Source of the DNA: Nageia nagi
Lineage: Eukaryota; Plantae; Pinophyta
Direction: 5' to 3'
Assembly (NCBI GenBank): GCA_050084985.1
Contig: JBITNC010000001.1
Coordinates: forward strand, 127,348,001 to 127,412,000
DNA length: 64,000 nt
Below, in pieces: positions 12,401 through 24,850 of this stretch. A model generated the notes under the pieces. The model had not been told where the DNA came from. It saw only the letters and a list, made by a program, of their open reading frames with translations, and made no database searches. Position 1 is the stretch's first letter. Each line of letters opens with the position of its first letter. A program made the position numbers and the translations under genes.

Positions 12401-13860
12401 ATAGGCTTGGATGACCTAGGCAAGGGAGTGTGTGAGTTAGATGATGACTCATGCCCATTGTTGTTGCCTCCCCTTTCTCCTTCCCTCCTTGTACCATTTG
12501 GGTTGCCTAAAGCTGCCCTCAATTCTTATTGATTTGTCTCTTGTAAGGACTAAAGACACCATTCTTTGTAGCATGTCAATTAGGGCATCGAACTTTTGCT
12601 CAACCCTATCAACTAGCCTTTAAGGCTCTTCATCCTCTTCCATGTTTATCATCTCCAAAGCAAGTATATTTCTCCTAGTAAAATACTAATGAATAAGGGG
12701 ACAATGCATAAAACCCTATCAAACACTAAAAAAATGGAATTTTGAAATATTGAAAATTCTTACCACCAAAATTTTTTCTGACACTAGAAATCTGCAATTT
12801 GGCCAAAAGGGTATCCAAATCTGCAATTTTTATTTTCAAACAAAAATCCTTAAAAATCCATGATTTTCACTAAGGCATAAATTTTCACCATAAAAAAACA
12901 CTTTTCAACATGAATCTAAAATAGCCACAAAAATTTTTTGAAAGCCCTAATTTTTCTAAAAACCCTAATTTAGAAAAACTCAAAAATTGAGATACTCATA
13001 ATTGCCAAAACTAAGAAAAATAGACACTAACCACAAGCTGGTAAGATTCCAGCTCTGATACCAATTTGATGCTCCTTTTATATTTCTTTTTATAGAAAAC
13101 CCTCAATATAAAAATGTAGAGATAAATTCTAGCAATAAAACAACTCAAAAATTGCTCATAAAATAACACACAAGTATGAGGAGAAATCAGCCAATGTCAT
13201 ATATTCAATATTGCCAAACCAATACAATAGCTAGAATGGATAAATGGAGTCCCTAAGGAACTCAAAATGCAGATACAAACTCCCACAAGTGGGACAAATT
13301 GACCCTAAGATTGAACTGATGCAAAAACTCCTCAAAATTAACCCCAAATACAAGCATAGGCTTTGGGGCTTCCAACAGGTCTGAAACACATGTCACAAAT
13401 GCTCCCAAAAATATTGTGAACTTCCCAAAATGAGTGAATCCCTTCACCAAAAATGCCATGAACCACTCATAGATGCCTCTTTTTGTATTTTTAAGATTTT
13501 AGGGCAACACCTTCAATAATATTGCTAAGACCCCAACCATGCGCCTCTAATGCACTATGGGAATGAGCAAGACTTGTAATCTCAACTCATGGAAACTCTA
13601 GGGTTTCAATATTCAATTCTGATATCAACATAACATGCCCAAAATGGGATGCTCACTTCTATTTATATGATGAGGTTCTAATTTGGAGTTGACATCTCCC
13701 AACCCTAAAATCACTTAAAGTGCCCTATTACAACATAAAAACATAAAACATAAATAAACACAACTCAAGTTATGTCTCCTAGTCACATGAACCCCTTTTT
13801 TCACTTTTATAATTAAGTGTAGGAGATATTTACAACAATATTTATTTTTGGGACATTACA
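9430..13860 (-). mobile_element. Ty3/gypsy (chromovirus-like) element C, 3'-truncated
   Basis: 5' LTR 13067-13860 (TG...CA); PBS 13052-13063. gag ORF 11879-12133 (HLEGSAYSWW); protease ~10950-11290. RT ORF 10299-10610 ([15 protein letters not shown]). RNase H 9542-9883 (DASDVGI..YDKEMLAI). No integrase or 3' LTR. Confidence 0.9.
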
Positions 13861-14897
13861 AACTTTCTCCTTTTCTCATTAGCCACATGTGCATATGCCA
13901 AACACCCAAAAAAATTTATGCGATTGACATTAGGTTTCTTTTGAAACCATGCTTCATATGGAGTCATGTTCTCCAAGCTTCTTGAAGGACATTCATTCAA
14001 AATATATATTATTTTCCTAACAACATCAACCCAATACCAATTTGTTAATTTTTTATTTTTCATTATACTTCTAGCCATCTCCACCATTGTTCTATTCATT
14101 CTTTTCGCCAATCCATTTTGTTGTGGAGTGTAGGTAGCTATCATTTATCTTTTAATGTCAAAATCTTTGCAATATTGAATGAATTCATTGTAACAAAACT
14201 CACCACCTCTATCAATCCTCAAGCATTTTATGGTCCTCCCAGTTTGGTTCTCAACAAGGCTCTTGAAATCCTTGAAACATCTAAAGGCGTCATCTTTTTG
14301 TTTAATAAAAAAAGGTGTCCCAACACATCCTTGAAAAATCATCAATGGAAGTGAGAAAGTAGGAGTTATTACCCAAACTCGTAGTTTGCATTGGATCACG
14401 AATATCAAAATGAATTAATCGAAGTGGGTATTGCACCCTCCATGCTTCACTTTTTAGAAATCAATGCCTAGAATTATTTCCCGAAGCTTCACAAACATCC
14501 TTTAGATATTCAACTTTTGGTAAGCCATACAGTTGTGGTGAGAACAATTTTAAACTTGAAAAGTTTAAATGCCCAAATCTGAGATGTAATAGTTAATCCT
14601 TACTTTCAACAATCACATTCACAAAGCTTACCCCTTATCCTTCAAACTTCAAAGGAAACAGCCAATTGGTTGTCATTTGTATAATAGTAACCAGCCTATT
14701 GCCATTATTTTTATCATAAATCTTACATATTGTATCATCAAAGATTAACTTATAATTTTTCTCCATCATTTGCTAAATACTCAACAAATTATGTTCATAT
14801 TTTGATCCTAGTAAGTGTCCTTTACCTTCATATTTTCTCCTTTTTTTTTGCACTTCCATATCTCCTTTTCTAGTCACATCCAAAAACTTCTCATCCT
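13861..14897 (-). pseudogene. Copia A protease end, GAG-pre-integrase and integrase core
   Basis: TIKCLRIDRGGEF, YTPQQNGLAKRMNRTMVEMARS, TPYEAWF.KKP, FGCLAYAHV; cut by the gypsy C LTR at 13860. Confidence 0.85.
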
Positions 14898-17800
14898 TGA
14901 AAGGAGTGAAGGCTTTTTCACAAAAATCACCTTGAATGGATAATCCTACAATTAAGAGAACTCATATTCATACACAAGTGACATAAGCAAGTATAGTGTT
15001 TCCTTTGAAAGTGAGAATACTCCATTTTGAATGTAGGAATGTATTACTTCTCAAGAACTACAATAATGTCTCAATCATATCTTCCTATAAACTATGAGCA
15101 TAACTTTGTCTCATACATGTGTGTAGAAATCTTAAAACGAGCCACCTATTTATAGCAAAAACTTCCCTCATGAGCTTACCATTTTATCCAAGGGGAAACT
15201 TAAATATCCAATGGATAAATATGCCCTTTTGTAACCAAGGGACAAACATCTCCTACAAGTAGATGAGGGGTACAATAAGTTACATTTATTTATTTCCATA
15301 AATACTAAAAGGTATTTATAAAAAATTTTAAGTATTTAGATGAATTAATCTAAATAAGAAACATTTTAAATGCTTTAGTAATGCATAACAAATTCCAACA
15401 CTCCCCTGTAATGCAATATTGGGTTGAGAGTAGAGAAGATAGAGAGAGCTTTACATTTTGAGAAGTAATAGATCCTAGACAATGCTTAACTACTTAACCA
15501 TTTTAACAAATGGTTTACAATACAATAACCATCAACCATAAATGGTTTCAATGTATAAGTAGTCTTCAACAAGAAGTTGACATGATGAGCTTCTATGAGT
15601 TTACATTCTTGAAGTAACATGCAATCTCAATAAGAAACTACAAGCTATAAGCAACTCATAAACAAGATCAGTTAGATGCAATATATATGCATTCATATTG
15701 ACATAGAATAAATGAATCAAATAATACCCTCCATGAATTGATCAAATGATGCACTATAAGTTATCACAAATATGTCAAGCAAACTCATAGTCACAAGTTA
15801 ATATATAGATTAAACATGTGTTGATCATTATCATCAAGAATAAGACATATATTTAAATATGCACATACTAGTTCCTCACACATGGATAACTAAACAGTGT
15901 AAGAAGTGTACAAACAAGTTCATCTCATGTGGATAACTAAACGATGTCAACATGCACATACTAGTTCATATCTCACAAAGATGCATTTTTCTAACTTGTT
16001 ATCCAACTTCTCCATTTTCTTAGAAACTATGAAGGAAAATGCTTCAAATCCAAAGATCCTTAGATGAGAGATATCAAATTTCTTTCCTTTCCATGCCTCA
16101 TATGGATTTTTACCTTCAACTAGTTTTGTGAGACACCTATTCAAGGTGTAGATTACAATGCTCACAGCTTCACCACATAAAAACTTAGAAAGATTATCCA
16201 TTGTGCATCTAGCCATCTCCATTATGGTCTTATTCTTCCTTTTTGCAACACCATTTTATTGTAGAGTATAAGGGATTGTAAGTTACCTTTTGATCCATTA
16301 CCTTTGCACAAAAGTCATTGAACTCATTGTTTATGTATTCACACCCATTATCCGACCTTAGCATCTCAATATTTAGATTGGTTTGATTTTCAACTAAGGC
16401 CATAAACTCCTTGAAATATCAAAGGTTTGATCTTTATGTTCTAGTAGATACCCAAACGTCATCCTACTAAAGTCACTAATAAAAGTAAGGACATAAGATG
16501 CTCTTGTAAGTGACTTAGTTTGAAAAAGACTTATCAAATCTAAGTGTATCAATTAAAGAGGTAGAGATGCCCTAGTTGCCTTATCCTTCTCAAATTTTTG
16601 CCTTTCAATCTTCTCTAAGATGTAATTTTCATAAAGGCCAATGGAAGGTGATATAAGAGCTAATCCTTTCACAAGATCTTAATCCTTCATGAGTTGAATA
16701 CTTTTGTGGTTTAGGTGGCCTAAACGTTGATGTTAAGGGTTGCCTTTAGAACAAACATTTGAGGCAAGGCAGAACTTAGTAGGCAATTGATCAAATATAT
16801 AAAGATCATTTTTTATTGATCTTGTTATCAATGTTGCAAACTCTTTCCTTAGGCTCTAAGAGTTTGAGTTGAACTCAAAGGTATATCATTTTCGTGCAAT
16901 TTTAATGACAGATAAAAGATTCATCTCTAACTTAGGTACAAAAAGCACATCTTCAATAACCTTCCCATGCATCAAAACACTTTTAATCCCTTGAACTTCT
17001 AGGATTGAGTTATCTCCTATCACTACCACATCCTTTCTATATTCGTAGAAGTTTTCAAACTTATTTCTTTCAAACTCATATGAATAGTGCAACCCAAATC
17101 CACTATCTAATCATTTGAAAAAGTATGAGACTAGGAATAAAGATTAAAAATATAAGCACTTTTATTATTCTTCTATGCTTTAAAGTTGTTCACTTTATCT
17201 TTGAATTTTCCATTTTCATCCCTCTTTTTCTTGTAGCAATGATCCTCTTTATGACCATAGATGCCACAAAAGTTACAATTACCATCAAATGTTTGCTTAC
17301 ACATAGGTTTGCTTGACTTACCTCTATTATCATGATGATTGTTTTTATTCTTCTTTGCATTTTTAGGATGAGCATGAGGAGTCTTCTAATGATTTTTGAA
17401 CATCCTCTTGAAGTGAGTCGAAACCAAAACTTTCTTATCGATGGTCTCTTCATACTTTAAGAGGAGTCTAAATATATTCTCTAAAGAAAAGGCTTCCTCT
17501 TCATCATCAAGTCTAGTCTCAATAATAATCACAAAATGACTAAACTTGGTTGAGAGTCTTTGTAAGATAATGAACACCATGAATTCATCATTGATCTAAT
17601 TACATCTATAACTCATAAGTTGAGTCCTTAGAGCAACAATCTTATTCAAGTAGATTTTCACACCCTCATTCTCCTCTTGATGAGATTGGAAGAGCTTTTG
17701 GAGGATGATGAAGCTCCTAAAAATTTAAACTTGAGCTAGATCTTCTTAAATCTATCCCATGCTTCTTTGGCGGAAGTTGATGTTGAAATCATGAGAACTT

Positions 17801-19667
17801 CATCTGAAATTGCTCTAAAGATCATAGATGTTGTCAACTCATTTATTTTGTTATACACCCCCAATGCTTTAGCTTTTCTTTGGGCAACTTGATTCTTATT
17901 CACTGTTTTCCAACATTTGCATGCTTAAAACTCTGATTTCATCCTTGGTTCCCAAATTTCATATTTGAAACCATCAAGGATGTGCTTAGGTGAAAAAGAG
18001 TCTCCTATTTCTAGAAAAGAAAGGTCAATTTTGATTAAAGCACAAGAAGCATTAACATAAGATTTGTAAGCACCGAACTACCATATATATCATTGCAAGT
18101 AATATAACAATTGCAAATAATAAGCTACCCAAAATTGCAAGTATCATAACCATTACAAGTAACATAGCAAGCTTTTCACTAACCATCAGAACAATTGCAA
18201 TCAACCAATATTGTTAACCATATTGTTCACAAAATTATCTTAACTTGTACATTGTTGTTGCATCACAAAGGGTCACACTGTGGTGTTGGCATGGTGTGGC
18301 GTAGGGTTGCACGGGACAAAGCCCCTCTTGCTTGGTGTTTGTTCCTCCATTTTATCCCTGTCGAATATGTAGCGGTTGCACCCTAGAATAGAGTGCTAAA
18401 AAATGACAAAGCTCATGGTAAAAAAAAAATAGAGAGTGGCAATCGAGGTTTTGTGGAAGTTGCTAGTAGAGGTTCGCAAGCTGGTGGGAGGATACCACAA
18501 CCTCATATTTTCAAAAAAAATTGTACATATACATTTATGCATTTGATACAACATATTTAAAAAAAAAATTAATAACTTTCAAAAAGAAAAAAATACATTA
18601 TATATATTTGATTTAATAACATTTGCATATTTGATACAATATTTTTGAATAATTATCATATATATTTTTCAAAGGGAAATGTATTGTATAATACATATAT
18701 GATATAAAAAAAATACCTCAAAGGTTTTTTTTTTGTTTTTACAAAATAGCAATACATATAAAACAACAATAAATCCCCTTCTTTTTGTATGAAACAATTG
18801 TAATAATTTTATAAAAAAATTGTACAAATTTTACGCTTTTCTTTCTTTTTAAAAAACATAAAAAAATTTGTATAGGGTAAAAAAAAATTGCAAATTTCTA
18901 CTACTATAAATACCATAACAATACATTATTCTTAAACAATTTTATAAATAAATTATAACTAACACAAGAATGTTAGTCCTACAATAATAACATATTGTTA
19001 TTTTTAAGCAACTATTGTTAAAAAAATTGAACTAACATAATAAATATGTTAATATACATAAAAAGAATAACTCAAATGTGAGGAGGGAGAGGAGGTACAC
19101 CTAATAAGGGTGTTACCTTACAAAATGAAGTAGGAAGATCCTCCAAGGAAGGCTTTGATACCAATTGAAAGGAGAGAAGTCTCCTTCATTAAGATCACCT
19201 TGAATGGATAATCTTACAACTAAAAAAACTCATATTCATACACAACTGACACAAGCAAGTATAATGGTTCCTGTCAAGGTGAGAGTACTCCACTTTGAAT
19301 CTAGGAATGTATTACTTCTCAAGAATTACGATGCTCTCTCAATCTTATCTTCCTATAAACTATAAACATAATTTTATCTCATACAAGTGTGTAGAAAGCT
19401 AAGGGGAGCCTCTTATTTATAACAAAAAATCTCTCGTGGGCTTACCCTCTTATCCAAGGGAAAACCTAAATATCCAATGGATAAGTATGCCCTTTTTTAA
19501 CCAAGGGACAAACTTCTATTACAAGTGGATGAAGGGTACAACAAGTTTGCACTTATTTAATTCCCTAAATACTAAAAGGTATTTATAAATATTTTTAAGT
19601 ATTTAAATGAATTAGTCTAAGTGAGAAATATTTTAGATACCTTAATAATGCATTACAAATTCTAACA
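14898..19667 (-). mobile_element. Copia B with two LTRs, internally deleted (no RT/RNase H), nested in A
   Basis: LTRs 14898-15400 and 19166-19667; TSD ATCCT/ATCCC; PBS 19152-19163; PPT from 15401. gag-PR-INT remnants 15970-18008. Confidence 0.9.
18011..19116 (-). other. Putative 5'-leader intron of copia B
   Basis: Candidate donors taag|GTAACA (19116) and ttag|GTGTAC (19100). Acceptor ttgacctttcttttctAG|aa ATA GGA GAC, 2 nt before the decayed gag start. Confidence 0.7.
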
Positions 19668-19672
19668 ATCCC

Positions 19673-20758
19673 CAAGCTTGATACTTGATTTATAGGAATG
19701 ATCAAGAGATGATGAACACTTTCTTCTTGTTGGTTATATTATTAGTGCAACCACTATCCAAAATCTATGCCTCATAATCATTTTTCTTAGCCTTGGTAAA
19801 ATGAGTATAAGACAAAAGCAAAGCTTGTTATTCATAGAATTCCTCTTTATCATAGTGGATTTTATTTCCATCATTTGATGTTTGTTTCAATATGCACTCT
19901 CTCTCAAAATGGTCATATTTGTTACAGTGGTAACATTGCATGTTTATTTTGTCTCCACTTCCTTTACCTCTATCGGTTGCTCCACCTCTAAGGATCAATC
20001 CATGTTCATTATCTTAGCTTTGTTCTCTACCTCTATCTCTTCTCCCTCTTCCTTTAGAAGTGTGATGGTCTCTACCTTGTCCACTACCACTTGCTTCATT
20101 CTCTTTTGTAGAAAATGCCTTCTCTTCAACACCTCTAACTTGGAGTTCTTTAAGTCTATCCTCATGTGACATGAGAGAGTCGATCAACTAATCATATTCA
20201 AGTGTGGATAGGTCCTTACTTTCTTCTATTATTATTGCTACATGATTTCGCTTGGGAGTAAGTGTTCTTAACACCTTTTTTATCATAACATTCTTGTCAA
20301 TGTCTTCTCCAAGAGTGGGCATCTTATTCACAATGGCTTTCACTCACACAATAATCACCAGCCCCTTCATTATTTTGCATCCTCATGATTTCAAACTCTC
20401 TTGTCAAAGTTTGTAATTTTACCTCCTTCATGACTTAGAGAGTTCCTTCATACCCTTCCTTCAAAGCTTTCCAAGCTTATTTGGTTGTTGTACAACTTGC
20501 AATTATTGGGACAATGGTCTCTTTAAGAGCTAAATGTAAATGATACAAAGCAAGGTTATTTTTATTATGATCCTCCTTGGTATTCTTCATCACATTTGAT
20601 GTTAGAGTGCTCCAATCAACAAGTTCTATGTAGCCATCTTTAACTATGTCCCACAAATATTTGCCTACAAGAAAAGTCTTCATATTTATGATCCAATATT
20701 CATAATTTGATCCATCAAACTAAGGAATTGGTAGAGAGGAATTTGTGTTGTTTTCCAT
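19673..20758 (-). pseudogene. Copia A gag (zinc knuckle) and protease start
   Basis: MENNTNSSLPIP*FDGSNYEYWII.MKTFL...LWDIVKDGY; CYHCNKYDHFEREC-type knuckle near 19900; LDSGCTN near 19750. Confidence 0.85.
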
Positions 20759-20871
20759 TATATCACAATCCAACAAAAATTAGGCTTTAATCAAGAATTT
20801 TGTAAATTGCAAGAGGGAAACTCCACATGCTTGCTCAAACCCTTCTTCAAGCAACATGCTCCGATACCAAA

Positions 20872-21372
20872 TGTAAAATCTTAATAACAAAAATTGGCAT
20901 ACATTCACAAAACGAATTCAATAATAAAGAAAAATAAACACATCAACATGATATCTTTATTAAGTCTTTAAAAGTGCTACACACCCAACAAGAGTTTACA
21001 CAATGCTAGATCTCAAATAGATCAATGCCATCTAGAATCAAACTCACAAGTGCGAGGGAAACAAAGTAAATATATAATGAATAAAAATGAGAAGATGAAC
21101 TGAAGGATTTAACTCTTCAATTTCACACAACAAAAATAAATTGACATTGATGAAACATCATATCGTTTCAATCCTTTTCTAAGAAATGCGACTACACTTG
21201 GAAATTGATGCCTAGGCATATTCAAAACATCCCAAACGTTGTCCTTGTTAAAATGCCATCACATTTTCCTAAAACATGTCTGCACTTTAGAAACACCACC
21301 ACATTTTGTTTGACTCCCTATGTTTCATCAAAAATAGCCAAAGAGGCAAGATCTTGAGGTCTAACTCCAACA
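20872..21372 (-). repeat. 5' LTR of copia A
   Basis: Adjacent to PBS gctccgatacca; matches 3218-3721. Confidence 0.8.
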
Positions 21373-22677
21373 TGCAATATGAAGATATACTTATTTTGGA
21401 CTACTCCTTTATGTGACTTTAAGCCTAGAATTAGATTTCTTCATAATATTAGAATATAATATTTAAGATAGATAGAATACTAGGAAGAAATCATTGGTAA
21501 ATACTCATACTAGAAAGAAATCATTGATAGGGAGATCTTAACGTGCCTTAAATTGTCAAGGTGAGAAAAAGAAAGTGGTTTAGAGTGACTTAAGGGGCAT
21601 GTGCATATGTTTAAGAGTTATGTTTATACTTGCATCCTTGGGAAAGCGTATGGAGTTTTTATGACACCCAAAAACCTACATTTGAACTCCAATAAGCTTA
21701 AATTTTCCGAAGATGAACTCTAAAATATTTTAAAGCATCTAACAAGCCTCTTAACAAATAAATTAAAAGTTTATCATCTTATTTGATTAGTAGAACAATA
21801 TATAGCTAAATGTGATGCCCCATAAACATGAATATAGGCTTCATGAGAGCCTAATTATGTTAAAAATAAATAGGTATCACCTAAACTTATGAATGCACAA
21901 AAAACAAAGCAAATATATACATGCATGTAGAATTAATACCCAACAAACCAGCAAAAGTGAAACTTGTATATAAAATAAATAAATAAAGAATCCAAGTTTC
22001 TACATCCTAACATAATGTGGGTTGAGAGGGTACCTTTTTACTCAATATCTCTTTGAAATGCAAGAACTTTTTATTTTTCTTATGTTATTTTCTATACATA
22101 AAATTTCTCTTATGAGAAACTTCTTTACACCTCCATCGTATACCTCTTACATGCATGGAAGAGATTGAATGCATGTTTGAAGGCATGCTACTCTATCGAC
22201 CTACCCATTGTTTAACATCGAAAGAATGCCATGATGGTTCAACTAACATGAGGGGAATGTCTTCTCACTCTAACAACAAAATAGAACTCCATTACTCAAC
22301 CTTGGATATTCCATAACACTCCTTTCTACATTCCATATTTTGGGTTGATTTTAGAATTTTAGAATTTAATATTAATTTTATCCTTCACATGGTGACAATT
22401 GTCTAAAACTTGGTATTTCCTTTAATTAGTGAAATAATATAATGGGTGCCTCTTAAAATACCCCCTCCTTCATAATTGACAATAATCCTTAAGTATCAAC
22501 ATGCTACTTTAATATTGTCCACAATTCATTAGTTTTTCCAAGTGCCTACTTTTATAATTATTGAATGGAAAAGGTAAGCATTTAAATTAGAATCCTTCTA
22601 CTAATTTAGAGAATATATTTAATTCATTACATATACTATATTTATTAAATTAATCATATTTAATTATGGATTATATA

Positions 22678-24850
22678 TGTTGAAATGTGTAATGTAATAT
22701 TGTATTAAACTCTCCTTTTATGTAACCCACTTAAACACTTAAAGTATATACAGAAACCTTTAAATGTTTAATGAATATAATATGATGTAACCTTAACCTA
22801 ACCGTTGGGTCAAAGGGTGGTTAAAGGAAGGATTTTGCCCTATAAATAGAAGGTCTCTCCTTTTGTTTATACACACAAAAAATTGAAAAGCAAAATTATG
22901 CTCTAGGGTTAGTGTTAAGAGAGAAAGAATGAAGTCTTGTAAGAGTTGTCTATGGGAATAAGAAGATCTTAGTTAATGGATGTACTCTCTTGCATGAGAG
23001 GGACCAATTTATGTGTGTGTTCAATTTATGAGATTGGTTATTGACTTTATGTTTTTGTTATGTTGGTTTCGAGAGCCTCCTTGAAATCTTGGTAGATTAA
23101 AATTTTACTTTTTTAGGTTTAAATCCTTCATTTGGTATCAAAGCCATCTAGGAAGTCATTCCTACATCCTTGTTGAGGTAATATCAAGTGAAGGTATAAT
23201 CTCATACTTTCTTGTTTTGTTGATTTTGGATTATTATGATACTAACCATGTGTTGTTGGTTTCTAGTTTTTGAACCTTTGTTTCAAATGACACTATATTA
23301 TTGTTATGTTATTTTTACATACTAACATGTTATGTGAGTTACAATTTTTTTTGTAAAAAATGTTTAAACATAAAGCAACAATATGATATTGGTCATGAAA
23401 TTTATTATGTGAGTTATAAGCATTAAGTATGCATAATTAGTATGATATTGGTCATGAAATTTATATGAGTATAAATCTGTAATTTTTTTTACCCTTACAT
23501 TATTTGTCTACAAGTTGTTAAGTTTGCAATTTTTTAATCTCTCTAATAAATGTGCAACTTGTTGTATTAACCCATACAAGAATAGGAATATTGTTATGGT
23601 AACATAAAAAAAATGCTTACAAGTATATAGTTTTGGATATAACCCTATGTTACCATGTATTAAGAGGTCATTTTGTTTGCCTATGATGCAATTTTGTTTC
23701 CTTAATAAAAAAATAGAGGGTCAAATTTATTACATAAGGAGTGCTCAAACTATATGTTTGCTATTACCTATGCGACAGAGTCATGTTTTATCAAATTATA
23801 TCAAATTATTTTCCAATTCATAATAAAAAGTTTTTTTTAATGTTTTTTGTCAGCCAACCATGGAGGGAGCGACGCCCAAGGGGCTGCCACCCATCCACTT
23901 AGGTGGTGCGACCTCTAAGGGGCTGTCCTTTGCCTCGATGTGGTGGAGAGGCGCCTCCACTCACCTCGCCTGGGGGGCGTGGCCACTAAGGGGTCACCTC
24001 CCCCACTCATGAGGCATGGCATAGCCGTAAGCTACCTTTCTTTCCCACGGAGCAAGCCCCTCCTGTTCACACGATGCAACCACACCCGCCCCCTCTGCTA
24101 CCAACCACCCTTCGCATGTGTGTATAAGCTTCTTGTGGGGATGCCACCTACCTATTGCGCTCCACCCATTCTTGCTATGCCAACGTCTTATGTCACCCAC
24201 CAGTCTTCCATGCTCCCCAACTATCACATCTTGCGAGAGTTGTGTCTTCTTGGAATGTTACAATTGCAGCCTCTAGAAAATGTGCACTTTCTGAGGTGTT
24301 CGCACCACCCAACTAGCTGAATTCTCTTGTGTTAGCGTCCTTACAACTTGTGTCAATTCAGCCTCTCTAGCAACAAGTGTAACATTCAAAAAAATAATCA
24401 TAATAAAAGAGTTTTTCACTTGAATGGTATTATGATGACCGCTTTGATGGGCTTCTACATAAGTTTGGTATCCTCCAACAAACCCATGTACTGATTTAAG
24501 GTGCTCATATTCCTAGTTATAAAGTGTACCACTTTTATCAATTTGTCAACTACCATAAGTATAATAGCATGCTAAAATCAATGTTTTTATAGTCCCATAG
24601 CAAAATCTATAAAAACAACTTATCGCTTCTAAACAAGGATGTTGTGTGGATATAGTTTTCATATTGGTTATTGATGCTTAACTTTCACCTTCTAGCATTT
24701 TAAGAATTTGGCTACAAAATATATAATATACTATTGACATATAATTTGGATACCCTTATCCTAATTAGTTATCATGTTAGTTATTTAGTAATATATTATA
24801 TTATAATGTTATATCTCATATTATTATCATTTATATGCTCTTCTCAGGTT
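22678..24850 (+). mobile_element. Copia E: 5' LTR, PBS and long leader; no recognisable gag/pol
   Basis: LTR 22678-23130 (TG...CA, tataaat box) related to the D/F LTRs; PBS tggtatcaaagcc 23133-23145; donor gaag|GTATAA at 23194. The 3' boundary is uncertain. Confidence 0.7.

Larger units (their letters stand above)
3218..21372 (-). mobile_element. Old Ty1/copia element A, host of nested insertions
   Basis: Homologous but diverged TG...CA LTRs at 3218-3721 and 20872-21372. tRNA-iMet-type PBS 20858-20869; PPT 3722-3731. Coding remnants: gag from 20758, protease/integrase 13861-14897, RT/RNaseH 3735-4560. No clean TSD. Confidence 0.75.

Noticed and set aside
21811-22500. Possible solo LTR (TG...CA)
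   Set aside because: No TSD, PBS, PPT or second copy.
23940-24320. 126-aa and 77-aa ORFs
   Set aside because: By-products of the GC-rich core in the E leader; no recognisable domain.
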